Shown piece after piece: positions 38,220 to 53,719 of a stretch of 64,000 bases of DNA. Position 1 is the first letter of the stretch. Every line of letters starts with the position of its first letter. The DNA is from Malacoraja senta (lineage: Eukaryota). Where the stretch lies: positions 12,586,001-12,650,000 of the forward strand of contig CM075989.1 of the NCBI GenBank assembly GCA_038087875.1, in the 5' to 3' direction. Under the pieces are notes generated by a model. It did no database searches. It was given only the letters and a program-made list of their open reading frames with translations, and was not told the DNA's origin. A program made the translations under genes and the position numbers.

Positions 38220-39010
38220 GAAATTGTGTCTGGAAAATTCATGGGTCTGCTGGCTGACAAGTCCCCAGGGTCTGATAATCTACATCTCAGGGTAATAAAG
38301 GAAGTGGCCCTGGAAATAGTGGATGCATTGGTGATCATTTTCCAAAATTCTTCTGACTCCACAGCAGTTTATTTTGATTCAAGGGTGACAAATGTAACCC
38401 CACCATTGACAAAAAGGGATAAGGGAGAAAATGATGAACTGCAGACCAGTTAGCCTAATGTCAGCAGTGGGGAAAATGCTGGAATGTGTTAAGATGCAGT
38501 AACAGAACACATAGAAAGTATTAACGGTATTGGACAAAGTCAACATGGGTTTATTACAATGAAATCAAACTGAACATATCTACAGGACTGCTTGAGGATG
38601 TAAATTGTAGAATTGATAACGGAGAACCAGTAGATGTGTGTTTGGAATTTCGGAAAGTTCTACATAAGAGGTAATTATGCAAAGTTAAGACACATGGGAT
38701 TGGTGTTAATATGCTGCTGTGAATTCAGAACTGGTTGACAGACAGGACAGGGAGTGTAAGAATAGAACATAGAACAATACAGCACAAGAACAGGCCCCTC
38801 AAATCACAATTTCTGTGCCGAACACTATGCGAAGAACAACATATCTCTCATTTCCTTGCATATCCATAAGTCTCTTAAATCCCACTATCGTATCTGCCTC
38901 CACCACCACCCCCACCCCAGGCATTTGTCACCCACTGTTTAAAAAAAAAAAAAACTTGTCCTGCACATCTCCTTTAACATTGTCCCTTTCACCTTAAAGC
39001 TTTTCTCTAG
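38220..39010. mobile_element. CR1 fragments (+ 38220-38760; - 38760-39010)
   Basis: DKSPGSDNLHLRVIKEVALEIVDALVIIFQNS; reverse CR1 tail agaacatagaac. Confidence 0.75.
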
Positions 39011-39964
39011 TATTTGATTCCTGGGCTCGCAATTTTTCCCAGTTGTAAATCCCACAGAAGCACTTTGGCTGCCATTTAAGTTACTTTTCAGGCTGAACCA
39101 GCTGTTAAGGAACTTGAACATTAGTGAGTGTCTCTGAAGTTCAAAAACATACTTTTAAACAAAATATCAAACTATCAAAAAATCATAAACAATTACATTT
39201 AACCTGAGCGATGTAGTTATCTGCCCTAACCTACTATTTCTACCCTCACTAGCAGGTGACAATTGGGAGTAATCTGGAGATTAGAGTCAGAGAGGTCCTG
39301 CTTTTATCCCTTGGTAACTCCCTATATTCACTTTGCAGAAACTTATCCCTTTTTGGTTTGTATCAATATATATAACAACCTCTGGTTACTCACCCTTCCC
39401 CCTGAGAATGTTCTGCAACTGCTTGGAGAAATCTTAGACCCTGGCATCTGGGAGGCAACATATCATCCTGTACTCTTGTTTGTGGCCACTACATCTCCCT
39501 AACTACTGAATCACTACAGCTCTCTTTTCCCCAAGGGGCCATTCGCCCCAACTGTTTCCGAAGCAGTAAACATGCTTGAGAGAGGACACCCACAAGAGAA
39601 AGCTGTGCTGTCTGCTTGCCCCCTCCAACATTCGCCCATCTATCTGACTGGACCTTATTGCGATAGGCAATAAATGTCAGAAAATGCATAAATGAATAAT
39701 AAAAGGCTATTGTTTTTAAAAAGTGGAGAGCAGAATGTAATGCATCCTTATGCACACAAAAAAAGCTTCTCTATATCTGTGTGTTTACACTGTGCTCCTT
39801 TTGGAGATCAGAGTCATGTGATGTGTATACTTCTCAAACAGTAAAACAGTTTAGCAGAGCTTAAGCCTAACATATGTATTTGTATTCTGCCTTGTAAATA
39901 AACAGCTGAGTTTTTGGATAAATACAGAGTGTGTCTGATTGCATTGTGCATTAGTAAAAATTAA

Positions 39965-40252
<288 letters not shown>

Positions 40253-41359
40253 TGAGGTGAGAAATGTAATTGAAAAGGAAATTTCTCTTACAGTGTCTAT
40301 TCCGCCACTTTTTATGAGGAATAGAGCACTCCTTGCCAGTAATGCTTGCATTTCTCTACAGTTATTATGAGTGGGCATGACTACTAATGTAGGGTGAAAT
40401 CTTAAAAAGCTTGGAAGAGAAATCACACAGAAATTTTAACAATATTAGGAACAGTGATATCAGTAATGTCCCAATATGCTTTCTAAGAATGAGAAAACAA
40501 AAATTGGTATTTCAAAGAGTCTAGGAATAAATTAGCAGGAAGATTCAATAAGGTTCAGAAATATGATTCTAAATTTGGTGACAAATTTACAAATCCCTGG
40601 CACGTTAACTGAGATGGCTTAAAACTTTGCCCACAAGAGTAGGTTGAAAGAGGGTTTGGGTAGGTGTCTGTGGATGGAGGAGCAGAATCAGAATGCACCA
40701 AAGTGCTGGAGTTGGTTTAAATTTGGCAGGTTGCAAAGATAGAGTGGGGTCAGGCATGGAAAGCAGGACAAGAATTTTAATACTGAGGGACTGAAAAACA
40801 ATGTAGATCAGCAACACACCAAAATGGAAAAAAGCTGGAAGCACTCAGCAGGTCAATCAGCATCTGTGGAAGAAGAAACAGTTAATGTTTTGGGTCAACG
40901 GTCAGCAAGACTGTATTTGAAAATTAGGAAGTACAAACGGTAGAGGCCAGCAAAGAGATATACTTACCTTTTGGTTATCTGCTGGATGCAGAACCAGACT
41001 GGGGCATGTATGGACATTTCAGTCCAGCTGTAGAGCTCCTGTCAGTCATGGTCTAGGACAAACCGTTGGCACAACAACTTTGCAGCACCACTGGAGTGTC
41101 CATCAGTCAACGACAACAGGTTGAGAGACTGACAACAGACCGGGGCCGTCAATTCACCTGGAATCCAGGCCCAGTTCTGGTCCGAACCACTTCTGAATTG
41201 CCCTGATTAAAGCTGAGACTGTTCTCCCCAGGGAAGATTTACCTCTGCTTCATGCCATTCCCAAAAGGGAAAAGCTTTGCATACACTCAGACATTCCAGA
41301 TGAAACACTTGAATGAATCATTGGCCTTGGGATCTTTGGAAGTGTTTCTCTTATGCTGA

Positions 41360-41692
<333 letters not shown>

Positions 41693-41699
41693 TGATATA

Positions 41700-41992
41700 G
41701 GGCAGCACCATGGCACAGCTGGCGGAACTGCTACCTCATAGCGCCAGAGACCCAGATTCAATCCTGACCTTGGGTGCTGTCTGTGTGGAGTTCTCCCTGT
41801 GACCACGTGGGGTTCCTCCGGGTGCTTCAGTTTCCTCCCATATCCCAAAGACGTGTGAGTTTATAGGTTAATTGGCCTCTGTAAATTGGCCCTAATGTGT
41901 AGGGAAAGAAGGATAACATAGAAGTAGTGTGAATGAGTGATCAATGGACTTGGTGGGCCGAAGGACATGTTTCCATGCTGTATCTCTCAAAC
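41700..41992 (+). mobile_element. V-SINE, full length
   Basis: tRNA-like head, V-domain and CR1-type tail. Confidence 0.8.
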
Positions 41993-42229
41993 TACAAAGA
42001 ACAACCCAAATCCCCATGTGTGCAAATGTCTTATCACAATTCGCTGTTAGTATGTCAATCAAATTATCTGACAAGACTGCTACTCTGTTTCAATTCTAAT
42101 CATAGACGTCTTCCTAATTGTAATATTTAGGTAAGCTGGGTGATTATTCACATTTGAAATTATAGCCTGGAGTCTCTCAATATTTAACGCTGCCTCAGGA
42201 GAGCAGTCAACATAATAAAGAACCGTTTC

Positions 42230-42650
42230 CAGCCTGGTCAGTATTGTCATGAGGGCTGAGATACAGTGAAAATTTTTGTGTGCTATCCTGTCAAATCTTG
42301 AATGCACTTAAGCCATATACAAGGACAATGGGTAGTACAAAGAGAAAAATAGCAGATTGAATATTAGAGTTGCAGCATCACAGTTACAGAGAAAGTGACC
42401 ATTTTTTCAAGGGTTGCATCGAGGTAGGTTGGGAGATCAGGACTACACCCTAGCTGAAGGGAAGCCTGTGCAGTGATCTGATAACAGTGAGTAAGCTTTT
42501 CCTGAATCTGATGGTACATGCTGTCAAGCTTTTTTATCTTCTACTGCTCGGGCGAGGAAAGATGAGGGAATGACCAGGGTGGAAACGGTTCTTTATTATG
42601 TTGACTGCTCTCCTGAGGCAGCGTTAAATATTGATAGAGTCGATGGGATT
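42230..42650 (-). mobile_element. Rex1/Babar-like 3' fragment
   Basis: Degenerate match to 53720-54150. Confidence 0.55.
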
Positions 42651-43131
42651 ATATTACACTTCCATGCACTCCATTGATTTTTGTTTCTTTCCCCATTGGA
42701 ATTAAACAATCATACAGTAAAATCAGGGATTTCGTGAGTTGTACAAAATCTACAGTTTTTCTTCTGGAGGAGCCCAGATATGCACAGTTACATCCAATGG
42801 CAGGATTTTGTGATTTTTATTTGATCCATCCATATATGTCACAAGGTACTCATGCTTTCACAGTACTTACAGGGTTCACTAATTAAAGAGTATCAGCTGG
42901 GAACCGACCTCATGTAGGCCTGCTTTATACTAAATATTTGCCTTCTATGACTATCTCTGGTTTCTCATCACCTCCCACAACAGTGATAATCCTCACTCCT
43001 CCCTCGATCACATGTCTGAACCACTCGGCCCTCTCTCCTATCCCCAGGACTTGAGCAGTGACAATTATTGCAGAAAATACCGAGATGCTGAGCTGGGGAT
43101 TGTGCTTTTAACCCTCTCTTCTCTGTTGTAG

Positions 43132-43245
<114 letters not shown>

Positions 43246-44619
43246 TAAAGTTGAATATTCTTTGGTTACCATTTTGGAGTACAACTCTGATATTGATGTA
43301 TTATTTTTATTCCACATTATTTTACATTCCTACTAATCGCAAAACTAGAAATTTAATTCAGCTCTTTAACATACCATTCCAGTGTAATGCTTTGGAATGG
43401 TATTTCCATTGATGTTTTGCTTCAAGATACCGTAGACATCTTATGCTGCTTCCTGAAAGGTCATAGCGATCAGTAAAACATATTCTGCCACAGCAATAGT
43501 ATGTATTATGATTAGAAACAAAAATAGAGGTTTGGTATTATTCAAACAGATCTTATTACAAGTTTGTTAATCCTGTTAAGAAGTGTATATCTTGGATTCT
43601 CCCTCTTGAGTTTTGAGCTTCCAACACATAATAAAAGGTAGCCCTGGGAAGAAGGATATATATAAAGCTGCTACACATGAATGTACAAATTACAGCACAA
43701 GGAGGCTACAGTCTTCGAGACTTCTCACCATTAACTAAGTTCATGGCGGATCTGATTATAAACTCAGCTCTGCATTACTGCTTACCTTCCACTCCCAGGC
43801 TTATCTAGAATCTATCTACTGCTGCCTTAAAATTATTCAACTTGTTTGCTTCCGTATCTTTTGAGGAAGAGTGTTTCATGATTTAAAAAACCTAACCTTA
43901 ACCCCCACCCTCTGGAAACAAAGATGCCTTATCTCCATGTTAAATAGGAGTCCCTTATTTTTAAATAGTGCCCCCTAGTACTAGATTCTCTAACAAGTGT
44001 ACATGCTCCCCATATCCATGTGTTTTAATAAAATATATGGAAGCTAGATCTTCATTGGTATAGCAAAAATACAAAAGCAGTGGTCAGCTTGAATTATTGC
44101 AACAGATTGGTTGGCCACAACTGGAATGTTCCATCCAAATTATCGTTGCTATACTTGATAAAGATTGTGAAGGTCCTAAAGAAGATGCACAAGTATGGTT
44201 CCAGGAATAGACTGGAGAAGCTGCATTTTTCCTTTGAGCAAGGACAGTAGGGAAGAGATTTGACTGGATGTTCAAGATTGTGATGGTCTAAATAGAGATA
44301 GATTGTTCTAGTTGGCTCAGCCTGGAAGCTTGCATTTACATAGGGAAGCATGAAAGATACAACATGTGTGTGCGTGTGGAGTAAAATGGCCTGTTTATAA
44401 AGGTAGAGGAAACAGTCATCGGTAGAGAAGTGGGTAGTCACCTGAGGAAAATAATTTACAAGCCAATAGGAAAGCCTTGAAGAATGGAACAGAATAAATT
44501 GTTCAGCAGGAACTGACATGGTCTTATTGTGCTGTATTGATTTTATGATTCGGGCTCTTCACAAATTTGTGTCATTTGACCGAGCTGAGCTTCAAACTCT
44601 GCTTCCCTGCTTTCAGTAA

Positions 44620-45130
44620 GACCGTCTATTCACAACTCTGTATCGTCACTCATCTCAGCCCCTGCCTCATCTGCTCCACTGCTCATCTGCCTCGTCCTGA
44701 TTATTGCATCGTCAGCTTCCAATAACCTACTTTTCTCAGTTTCTCATCCACAACTTTCCAATCTCTATCGTGATGCATCAAGACCCATTCACCAGACTTC
44801 TCTGTGGTTGCAAATGACCTACATAGATTCCCAGATAAGCTATCCCCAGTTTTAAAATGCTCATTCTATTTTTCAAATGCCTCCATGCCTCACCACTCTA
44901 TCTCAGTCATTTCCTTCACTCAATAACCCATCAAGATATCTGCTTTTTATTTCTATCCTCTCCCTCATCTTGTAATTTAATTGCAGCACCATTGACGATA
45001 ACTTTCAGCTGCCAAGGCTGCAAGCTCTGGACTATCTTCTCTCAAGTACTCTGCCTCCATCCCCATCCTCAAAACCTGCATCTTTGACACCTCGCCATCA
45101 ATTATTTTTGTTTGATAACACTCCTGCAGT
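44620..45130 (+). mobile_element. Old L2-like LINE 3' fragment
   Basis: DLHRFP...FKMLILFFKCLH...TFSCQGCKLW resembles the L2 ORF2 C-terminus. Confidence 0.55.
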
Positions 45131-46707
45131 GACTTGATTTTCACTACATTAATGGTGAAGGACGAATGAAAGTTGTGCATGAGGATGCGGACTAGAGAGA
45201 CCTACTTGAGGAACCCCCCTTCCCCCAAGTGGAGAATCCAGATGCAGATATGTCTGCTGTTCTCTGTTGTGATAGATGCACTGCTATCTAATGTAGGGGT
45301 CCTTTACAGAATGTTGCACCATGTAAAATTGTTAGAAGAGAAAAGATCTAAGAATTGAAAGAAAATGTTAAGCTTCACTTTCAAGCAGATAGAAATATTT
45401 ATCATTTTTGCCGTACCAATTTAAAAAGAGAAACTTGCATACGTGGCAAGATTTTTCTGCAGAGAGACGGTATCTCATGCACTTCTAAAATTGGAACTAG
45501 ACCTCTGACTTTCTGAATATGGAATTCCTTTTTATGTTTAAACTCTGACTGATGTTCTTTCTAATAATTATTAAATGTAATATATGCCCTGTTTAAAATT
45601 GGCTTCATACTCTTATCTCAATAAATTTAAATGGGTTGATTAATTTTGATTTAATGATGCAGCACATTAAAAAAAATCCCTTAATTAAAATGTACCTCCT
45701 TCTGAATTTGAAAGGGATTTGGCAAGGCATGAACGGCAAGGAGCAGTTGAAATAGGGTGGTTTGTGTCTATCTTTGGTTAGTCCAGAACACAGTTACAGG
45801 CTGCCTTGTGATCATAGCTTCCTTTTTAATGCATGAGATGAAAGTTATAGCTGTGCTTTGTGAAATAACTACTTTTCAATGCAGTTTCCAAAGAAAAGGA
45901 AAGAAGTAACAGAAACTCCCCTAATTTGTAAGTAATTAATATTAAGTTAGAAGTCTCAATGGATGTCACATGAATCGGTAATGTAACAGGCTGTGCAGCG
46001 CTCTTCCTGTTTAACGTGCTGCTATATGGACTAATAACCGAGAAGGTTCATTTTTAATGCCACTGTATTCCTAATCACAATTGCCTATTGCCAGGAGGGA
46101 TTGTTAGAGGTTGTATTATTTCCAGACTGTTGTGAGAAGGGGTTGGGGTGAAGGCCTGAAAGTAGGATAGAGATCTAAATGATTAACATTACAGATTCAT
46201 ACACACTCAAGAAATTGAGTTATTGGAACTAAAAATGATTTTTTGGTGATGTAGAGGCAGTCTTGAGTTTGGAGTTTGAACAGTAAATGCTGAGTGACAC
46301 AAGCAAAATTGTCTCATGTCTTGGTGGTGAATTCTCTCATCTAAGGAGACCCAAATCAACTGAAATGATATATAAGAAAATTAAATCTACAATGCTCTTC
46401 ATCACTTCCAAAGCTGCATCTTGTTCTACTCGCAGATCCCCTTGATGATGAGATTATTCACGTCCTTGTGAAAGGAGAAAGAGTTTGGCCTGATCTAAAC
46501 TATAAATAATTTCAAATCTATACATTAACAGTATCAGGGTACAGACATATCATCTAATGCCTTTTATGATGAATTTTAAAATCTGATCCATTATATCTGA
46601 TGGAATCCCCGATTACAGTCCAGATGCTGTCCTGCATAATACGCAATGAAACTATCCCCGGATTCTGTAGGCTGCCAGTACGCAGTCCATGGCTGCAAAC
46701 GTCAACG

Positions 46708-47217
46708 GTACACAAAAATGCTGGAGAAACTCAGCGGGTGCAGCAGCATCTATGGAGCGAAGGAAATAGGCAATGTTTCGGGCCGAAACCCTTCTTCAGA
46801 CTGATAGTGGGTGGGGAGAAGAAAGGAAAAAAGGGGAAAAGGCGGAGGAGGAGCCCGAGGGCTGGGGAATGGGAGGAGACAACCAGAGGGCTATTGAAGA
46901 GGAGGGGACAGCAAGGGCTAGCAGAATTGGGAGAATTCAATGTTCATGCCCCCAGGATGTAGACTGCCCAAGCAGAATATGAGGTGCATTTCCTCCAATT
47001 TCCGGTGTTGCTCGCTGTGGCCATGGAGGAGACCCAGGACAGAGAGGTCAGATACGGAATGGGAGGGGGAGTTGAAGTGCTGAGCCACCGGGAGGTCAGG
47101 TTGGTTATTGCGGACCGACCGGAAGTGTTCGGCGAAACGATCGGCAAGCCTCCGCTTGGTCTCACTGATGTAGATCATCTGACATCTAGAGCAGCGGATG
47201 CAATAGATGAGGTTGGT
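46708..47217 (-). mobile_element. Penelope-like element 3' portion: GIY-YIG endonuclease end and terminal repeat with hammerhead core (46772-46799)
   Basis: IYISETKRRLADRFAEHFRSV..PDLPVAQHFNS..RKLEEMHLIFCLGSLHPGGMNIEF; minus strand CUGAAGA-A-GGGU(UUCG)GCCC-GAAA-CAUU. Confidence 0.9.
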
Positions 47218-49849
47218 TAATAATGTCTAATGTCCCCCAAAAAGTAAAAATGAAAATACTCACAAAATGTGTGGGGAAAATTACATTTTAATATTAAAAA
47301 ATAATACTAGCCTTCAAAATTCTGGAAAAACGGTATTACTTATTTTATAATGGCGAAAACATTAAAATTAAGGTGGCAAGTGTTCAAGGAGCATGGTCTG
47401 CTTTTTGAATTGAAACATGTCAGGGCCCTTAAGTAAATGCATTGCGCATTATTTCATTGTACCTGCTGTTGATAAAATGCCACTTATTCTGAGTATAGCA
47501 TTCACGATCAAGAGCATTTTCAGATTCATGGTACAGAAATAAAATAAATCACCTAACACCTTACCATTTGCTCTGTTAATGTAACTCGAAGAAACATGCT
47601 CCTCACAAATTTATATTATAATCTCCATCTGTTCTACTTAACGCCACATTCCTCAAAAAAGCATAATATTAAATATAGAAATGTTATCAATGGTTTGGGA
47701 CAGAGGGTTCCAAGGACTTAATTAGATAAAATGCCAGTTTTGTCATCTACTTACTAACTTTTAATGCTGTTACTGGTATCAGTGATGTATTTGTTTTTGC
47801 TGTATTTTATACTTGCACTAAAGGAATGCATTTACATATAAATCCTGAACATCTTGGAACGCCCTTCCCAACTGCACTGTGGGAGCACTTTCACCACATA
47901 TACCAGTGGGGCAACACCACCTTCTCACGTTAGGAATCGGCAATAAATGTTGGCCTTGCTAATGGCACTCACATCCCTTTTATGGATAAAATGCCATGGA
48001 ATGGTAAGAAGATTCCGTGCAATAATTTCCCAACAATATTTTCAAATGAGCAGAAGTACAGCGGATGACATTGGTGATAAATAAGTTCAGGGTGTTAAGC
48101 TATAAAAGGCAAAATGGGCATTCAGTGAACATCGCTACAGTAGCTAAGAAAGAGATTAGAGGCAACAGTATTATCCAGTCATCAATCGACAGGAACAAAG
48201 CAAACAATGTTTTATTGGGCTATTGCTCTGGCCACATTGCACCTTGAATAATATGATTATTTCTGGTCAACAAGGCACAAGGGAAACATTCCTGTCTTGG
48301 AAGTGATATACAGAAGTCCCACAAGACCAACTTCAACTGTCAAAAAAATGAGTGATGAGGAATAGTTTTAGCAACTTGAACACTAAATCCTGGAAAAGAC
48401 AGGAAATGTTGTAGAGGTATATAAGGTTTATGTCACTTTGAAAAGGTTAATCCTGAACATTATTTCCTGACTCTAGTGATGTATGTACTATCTATTAAAA
48501 GCCAAGATTAGGACCAATGGCAGGCGGTGTACTGTCATGAAGAAAGCTGTCATTTGCTGAATGTTTGCTCTCCTGGGTACAGGACCATAAACAGGAGTTT
48601 TGAGTGAATTGTTGAGTTATGGGTCAAAAGTTAAAATACGATTTATCAGTTTTTATTTGTTGTGAGAGCTTCAGCGGTTTGAGTAACTTGCAATACAGAA
48701 TGATAAGGATGCACTTTTTAATATTATAATTGTTTTTTTAACAAGACATAATACTCAAGTTGTGGAGATGATGTAAAATACTTAATAAATTGGTATGGTA
48801 GAAATTCACATTAAGACTTTTCATACTTGAAACCCCACTTCTTTTGTGCTGTCATTAGACATTAACATGTTATGTACTTTCCCACAGGGTGGTAGTAATA
48901 AGTGTAATCAAGGATGCCTTCAACAGAGGCATTGGTAAAGTCTTGGAATGGAACTCCACTTGAGCTTCCAATCAGAGAATCTTTGACATGAACATTTTTC
49001 AGTAGCGATAAAGGATAGGAAATGTTTTGAATATTTTTTTTTTTGGGAGAGTTAAATTTGTATATATATCTGATTGCCACAGAGCTGTTCATTTAAGCAC
49101 AGGCACTTCCACATAGTGGAAGCATAGAAACTTCTAAGAGCACATAGTATATGGAAAGATGAAATGTAAATGAGGTCTCAGTGGTTCAAGCCTTGTGCCA
49201 TTGCTATTGGATTGTTGGTATCAGGCAGCACGCGCAGTAGACTACCAGCACATTTACTTCGAGCTGTGCTGTGAATTCCCACTGGGTTTTGTTTGTCTGC
49301 CAGGACATCAAGGGCTTGCAGAACTTCACCCCAGAGTGTTTAAACATAACAGCTGCCAATGGGTACAATAATATTCCCACTGTTATTAACACTTGGAGAA
49401 TCTTGGAGAACATTTGGAGTTTATACCAGAGGGCCGGGACACATTGTTTAGGCAGCAGAAGGAACCATTGGCTGGTTTCGTGATATTTTTCTGTCATCAC
49501 AGATGTGTTCAGTCAGAGTGTCTTATCAGGGTTTTTTTTAATCAACTGGGGGTCACAGGGTTCCAAGAAGAGGTTAATAAGATATAGAAGTCAAACCCAG
49601 TCTTTGGGATCATACCTCGCCTTATGCAAGCTAATATTAAGAAACTGTTAGTCCCTAGTCCCTAGTCCCAAGAGAAAAACTATTCCCCGTAAAGTCATAG
49701 GGAGTTGTAGTGTCATACAGCATGGAAGCAGGTGTTTTTGCCATTTGCCCACATCTCCTCCTAAGACATTAAAGTCTATATATCATCGAATATTGGAGAT
49801 TAATTAGTTATAATGAATGGGTCAGAATCTTGACATGACTATGTTTTGT

Positions 49850-51160
49850 GACATATAGATAAGTGCAGCATGGAACAGGCTCTTTGGTCCACCACGTCGG
49901 CGCTAACCATGATGCCAATCTATCTAATCCCGTCTGCCTGCACATAGTCCATATCTTACTTCCTGCCTGTTCATGTGTTTGCCTAAAAGCCTGGTGTTAT
50001 AATATCTGCTACCACCACCTCCCCTAGCAGAGGATTCGAGGCACTCTCGTGTTTAAAGAAAAACTTGCCCTACGCGTCTCATTTAAACTTTCTCCCTCTA
50101 ACCTTAAACCTGTGCCCTCTAGTATTACAATTTTTATAAACCTCTCGTGGTCCAAAGTCCAACTTTATCCAACTTCTCTGCGTAGCTAATAAGCTGGAAA
50201 GGGTACAGAGAAGATTTACGAGGATGTCGCCAGGACTCGAGGGTCTGAGCTATAGGGAGAGGTTGAGCAAGCTAGGATGTTATTCCTTGGAGCACAGGAG
50301 GATGAGGGGTGATCTTATAAAGGTGTACAAGATCCTGAGGGGAATAGATCAGGTAAATGCACAGCCTTTTGTCCAGAGAAGGGGAATCGAGAATCAGAGG
50401 ACATGGATTTAAGGTGAGGGGAGAAAGATTTAATAGGAATCTGAGGGATAACGTTTTTGCACAAAAGGAGATGGGTATGTGGAACGAGCTGCTGGAGGAG
50501 GTAGTTGAAGCAGGTACTATCTTAACGTTCAAGAGACATTTGAATGAGTACATGGATAGGATAGGTTCAGAGGGTGGTTGAGACTAGTGTAGATGGGCCA
50601 TGTTGGTTGGCATGGACTAGTTGGGGTGAAAGGCCTGTTTCCACGTTGTATCACCCTATAACTTTCTATGACTCTATCACCTCTATTCCTGGCAACTATT
50701 CTAGTAAACTTTTCCTGCACCCTATCCAAAGCCTCCACATCCTTCAGAACTGTGCACAATACTCCAAAAGGGGCCTAACCAAAATGTTTTATATTATGTG
50801 ACTTGCAAATGTTTATATTCTATGTCCTGACCAATGAAGGCAAGCATGCTGTGTGCCTTACCACCCCATCCACTTGTGTTGCCATTTAGAGGGAGCTATG
50901 GGTTTGAACTCCAAGATCCCTGCATACATCAATGCTCTGAAGGCTCCCTCTTCATACATTTGACTTGCCAAAACACAACGGCTCTTGCCCTGATTAATCT
51001 CTAACTGCCATTTCCCTGCCCAAATATCCAATTGATCTTTATTGTGCTGTGTACTTTGAAAACTTTCCCCATTAGCCTCAATATTTTGTTTCGTCTGAAA
51101 ACTTACAAATCAAACCACCTGCATTTTCATTCAAATCATTGCTGAATAGTACAATCAACG
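49850..51160 (-). mobile_element. Older CR1 3' fragment (-) split by a younger CR1 (+, about 50190-50678)
   Basis: Minus-strand CR1 stops at ..GTAGCTAA and resumes at ACCTCTATTCCTGGCAAC. The insert encodes PGLEGLSYRERLSKLG...RGHGFKVRGERF. Confidence 0.85.
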
Positions 51161-51279
51161 GAGGTCCAAGCGTGATCCTAAGTATTTTAACCTCTTCCCC
51201 CCACCACCCCCCCCCCCGATTCCCCCCCACCCAAACCAGTGGAGTTTGCGGATTTGTGGTGTACATCTTGTTGTGTTGA

Positions 51280-51465
<186 letters not shown>

Positions 51466-51707
51466 TAGCCTGGTTGCATTTAATGGGTTTTCAAAAGCTG
51501 TTTTCCTTTCATGCATTTGATCTCCACATATTACCCTTGGCAAGAAGGAAGGAAATCACTCTGTCTCTCAGATGTCTGCTTAAGAAGAGGTAATTCCGGC
51601 CTCTGGCACATCACTGATTTTGATCATTCATCCAGGACCTAAGCTCTGACATTTCTTTCAGTATTTGATAATCTTCTGATCAGCATTTTATGAAAATAAA
51701 ACCCTGA

Positions 51708-51965
<258 letters not shown>

Positions 51966-53719
51966 TAATAAGTAGAGACATGTGAGACTGCAGATACTGG
52001 AATCTGGTGCAAAAACCGTGCTGGGGAACTCTGTCGGACAGGCAGCATATGTGGAGGAAAAAGATAGACAACCTTATGGTTGTTATGAGTTTCACCAGCA
52101 TTCTATTTTTTGTGCATTTTAGTAAGTGACTCTTCACAAAATCTCTGATGTCAAGAGCATAGCGAGTCTGAGTCTCAAAGTCCACTGTGTAAGAAATGGT
52201 GGATTTGAACCTGCATTCACTGGTATCAACAGACCAAATCTCTATCACTTCCTCCGGGCTGAATGGGCTTTCTTTGCACTTGCAGTATCAAGAATATAAT
52301 TTATTTTTTTACTTTATGTAAAAAAATTGTCATATTTATTGTTTTACAGGAATTGGCTAAAATCATGCAGCACAGAATCAGGACATCTGGCTAACTCTTT
52401 GAAGAGAAGTTTAATTAGTCCATTCTACTACTTTTTCTATAGTTTCCCAAGGTGGTAAATGATTAGAATGCTGGAAGTGAGCTTAGTAAAGAACAGAATG
52501 TGATATTAAAGCTTCATTCAAGTATACTATAAAATCCAACATTACAAACTTCAACAATACCTCTGACCAGCATTTCTTCAAGATTAAATAATACTGACCA
52601 GGAGGTCGATCCTTCTTTCAGGCTCAGTATATATGACAGTTTTATGAAACGCATTGGTGTTTTAACTAATAGACTCCTGGTGGTGGAAAGGAAAATGCAA
52701 TTCGCAGTAAACAATGTGGTCATGCAGTTCAGTGGCAGATTTAGTGTAAAATGAAATGTAGTATCAAAAATCAAATGAATGACCTTCATCATAAGGTTGA
52801 CAGTGGGGATTTCCACACGTACGTTTCAGGTCGTGTTTGAAAGCTGTAATAACCAAAAGGTGGAATGGAATGTCATGAATGATTTCATGTTATGTTATCC
52901 CATGACTTGTGGGTATAGTTGAGGTTGTAACCAACCAATACGATTTGTTCTTAACTGTTAGATAAACCAGAATGTTTGGCCATAAATTCTCATTGTCACT
53001 CTCACTGTCTTTTGACAGATTGTCCATATATAGTACAAACATCTCTCTGTTCCCTATCTATTCTCTGACTATTTCTGTCATTTGTATCTCACTTATTTTT
53101 GATGCACATCTCTTAAATATACCAATCTTAATCTCTCTATACCATTATTAGTTGTTTAAAATCCTCTGATTCGATACCATCTTCATATAACTCCTCTATT
53201 TCCTCAATATGTATTCTCCATATACCCCACTTTTCATAGTGTGCATTCCTTGTAAATCTTCTCTACATATCGCACAGTGTAATTCTTCTGTATTTCCCAG
53301 TGACTCTTACCATGTGCATTCTCTGATATTCCAGCATACTCTGGACTGCTACCAAAATGTCAGATTTTGTGAACTATTTTAATGTTATTTTTATGAATTT
53401 CCCAGCACAATTTCACTTTTTTAGATACTATGTAGTAATGTAAAAAATTTCCCAGAAAATCTGGGAAGTGAAACCCTGGAGAGTTTCAGTGGAGCATGGA
53501 CCCTGGGGCCCAGGCAAGTTTCAGAGGAGCATAGCAAGTGGGGCCCTGGCGAGTTTCAAGGGCATGCGGTGGAGATCACTTGGTGAATTCGATTTAGACC
53601 ATCGTGATTTTGATTGGTAAATTGGTGGATCAAGACTTACTCTCTTGGTCAGTGTATATTCCCTATAATCGCATTTAAGTTTTGACTGTTGTATCTTTGA
53701 CATGACCAAGAGATCAAAC

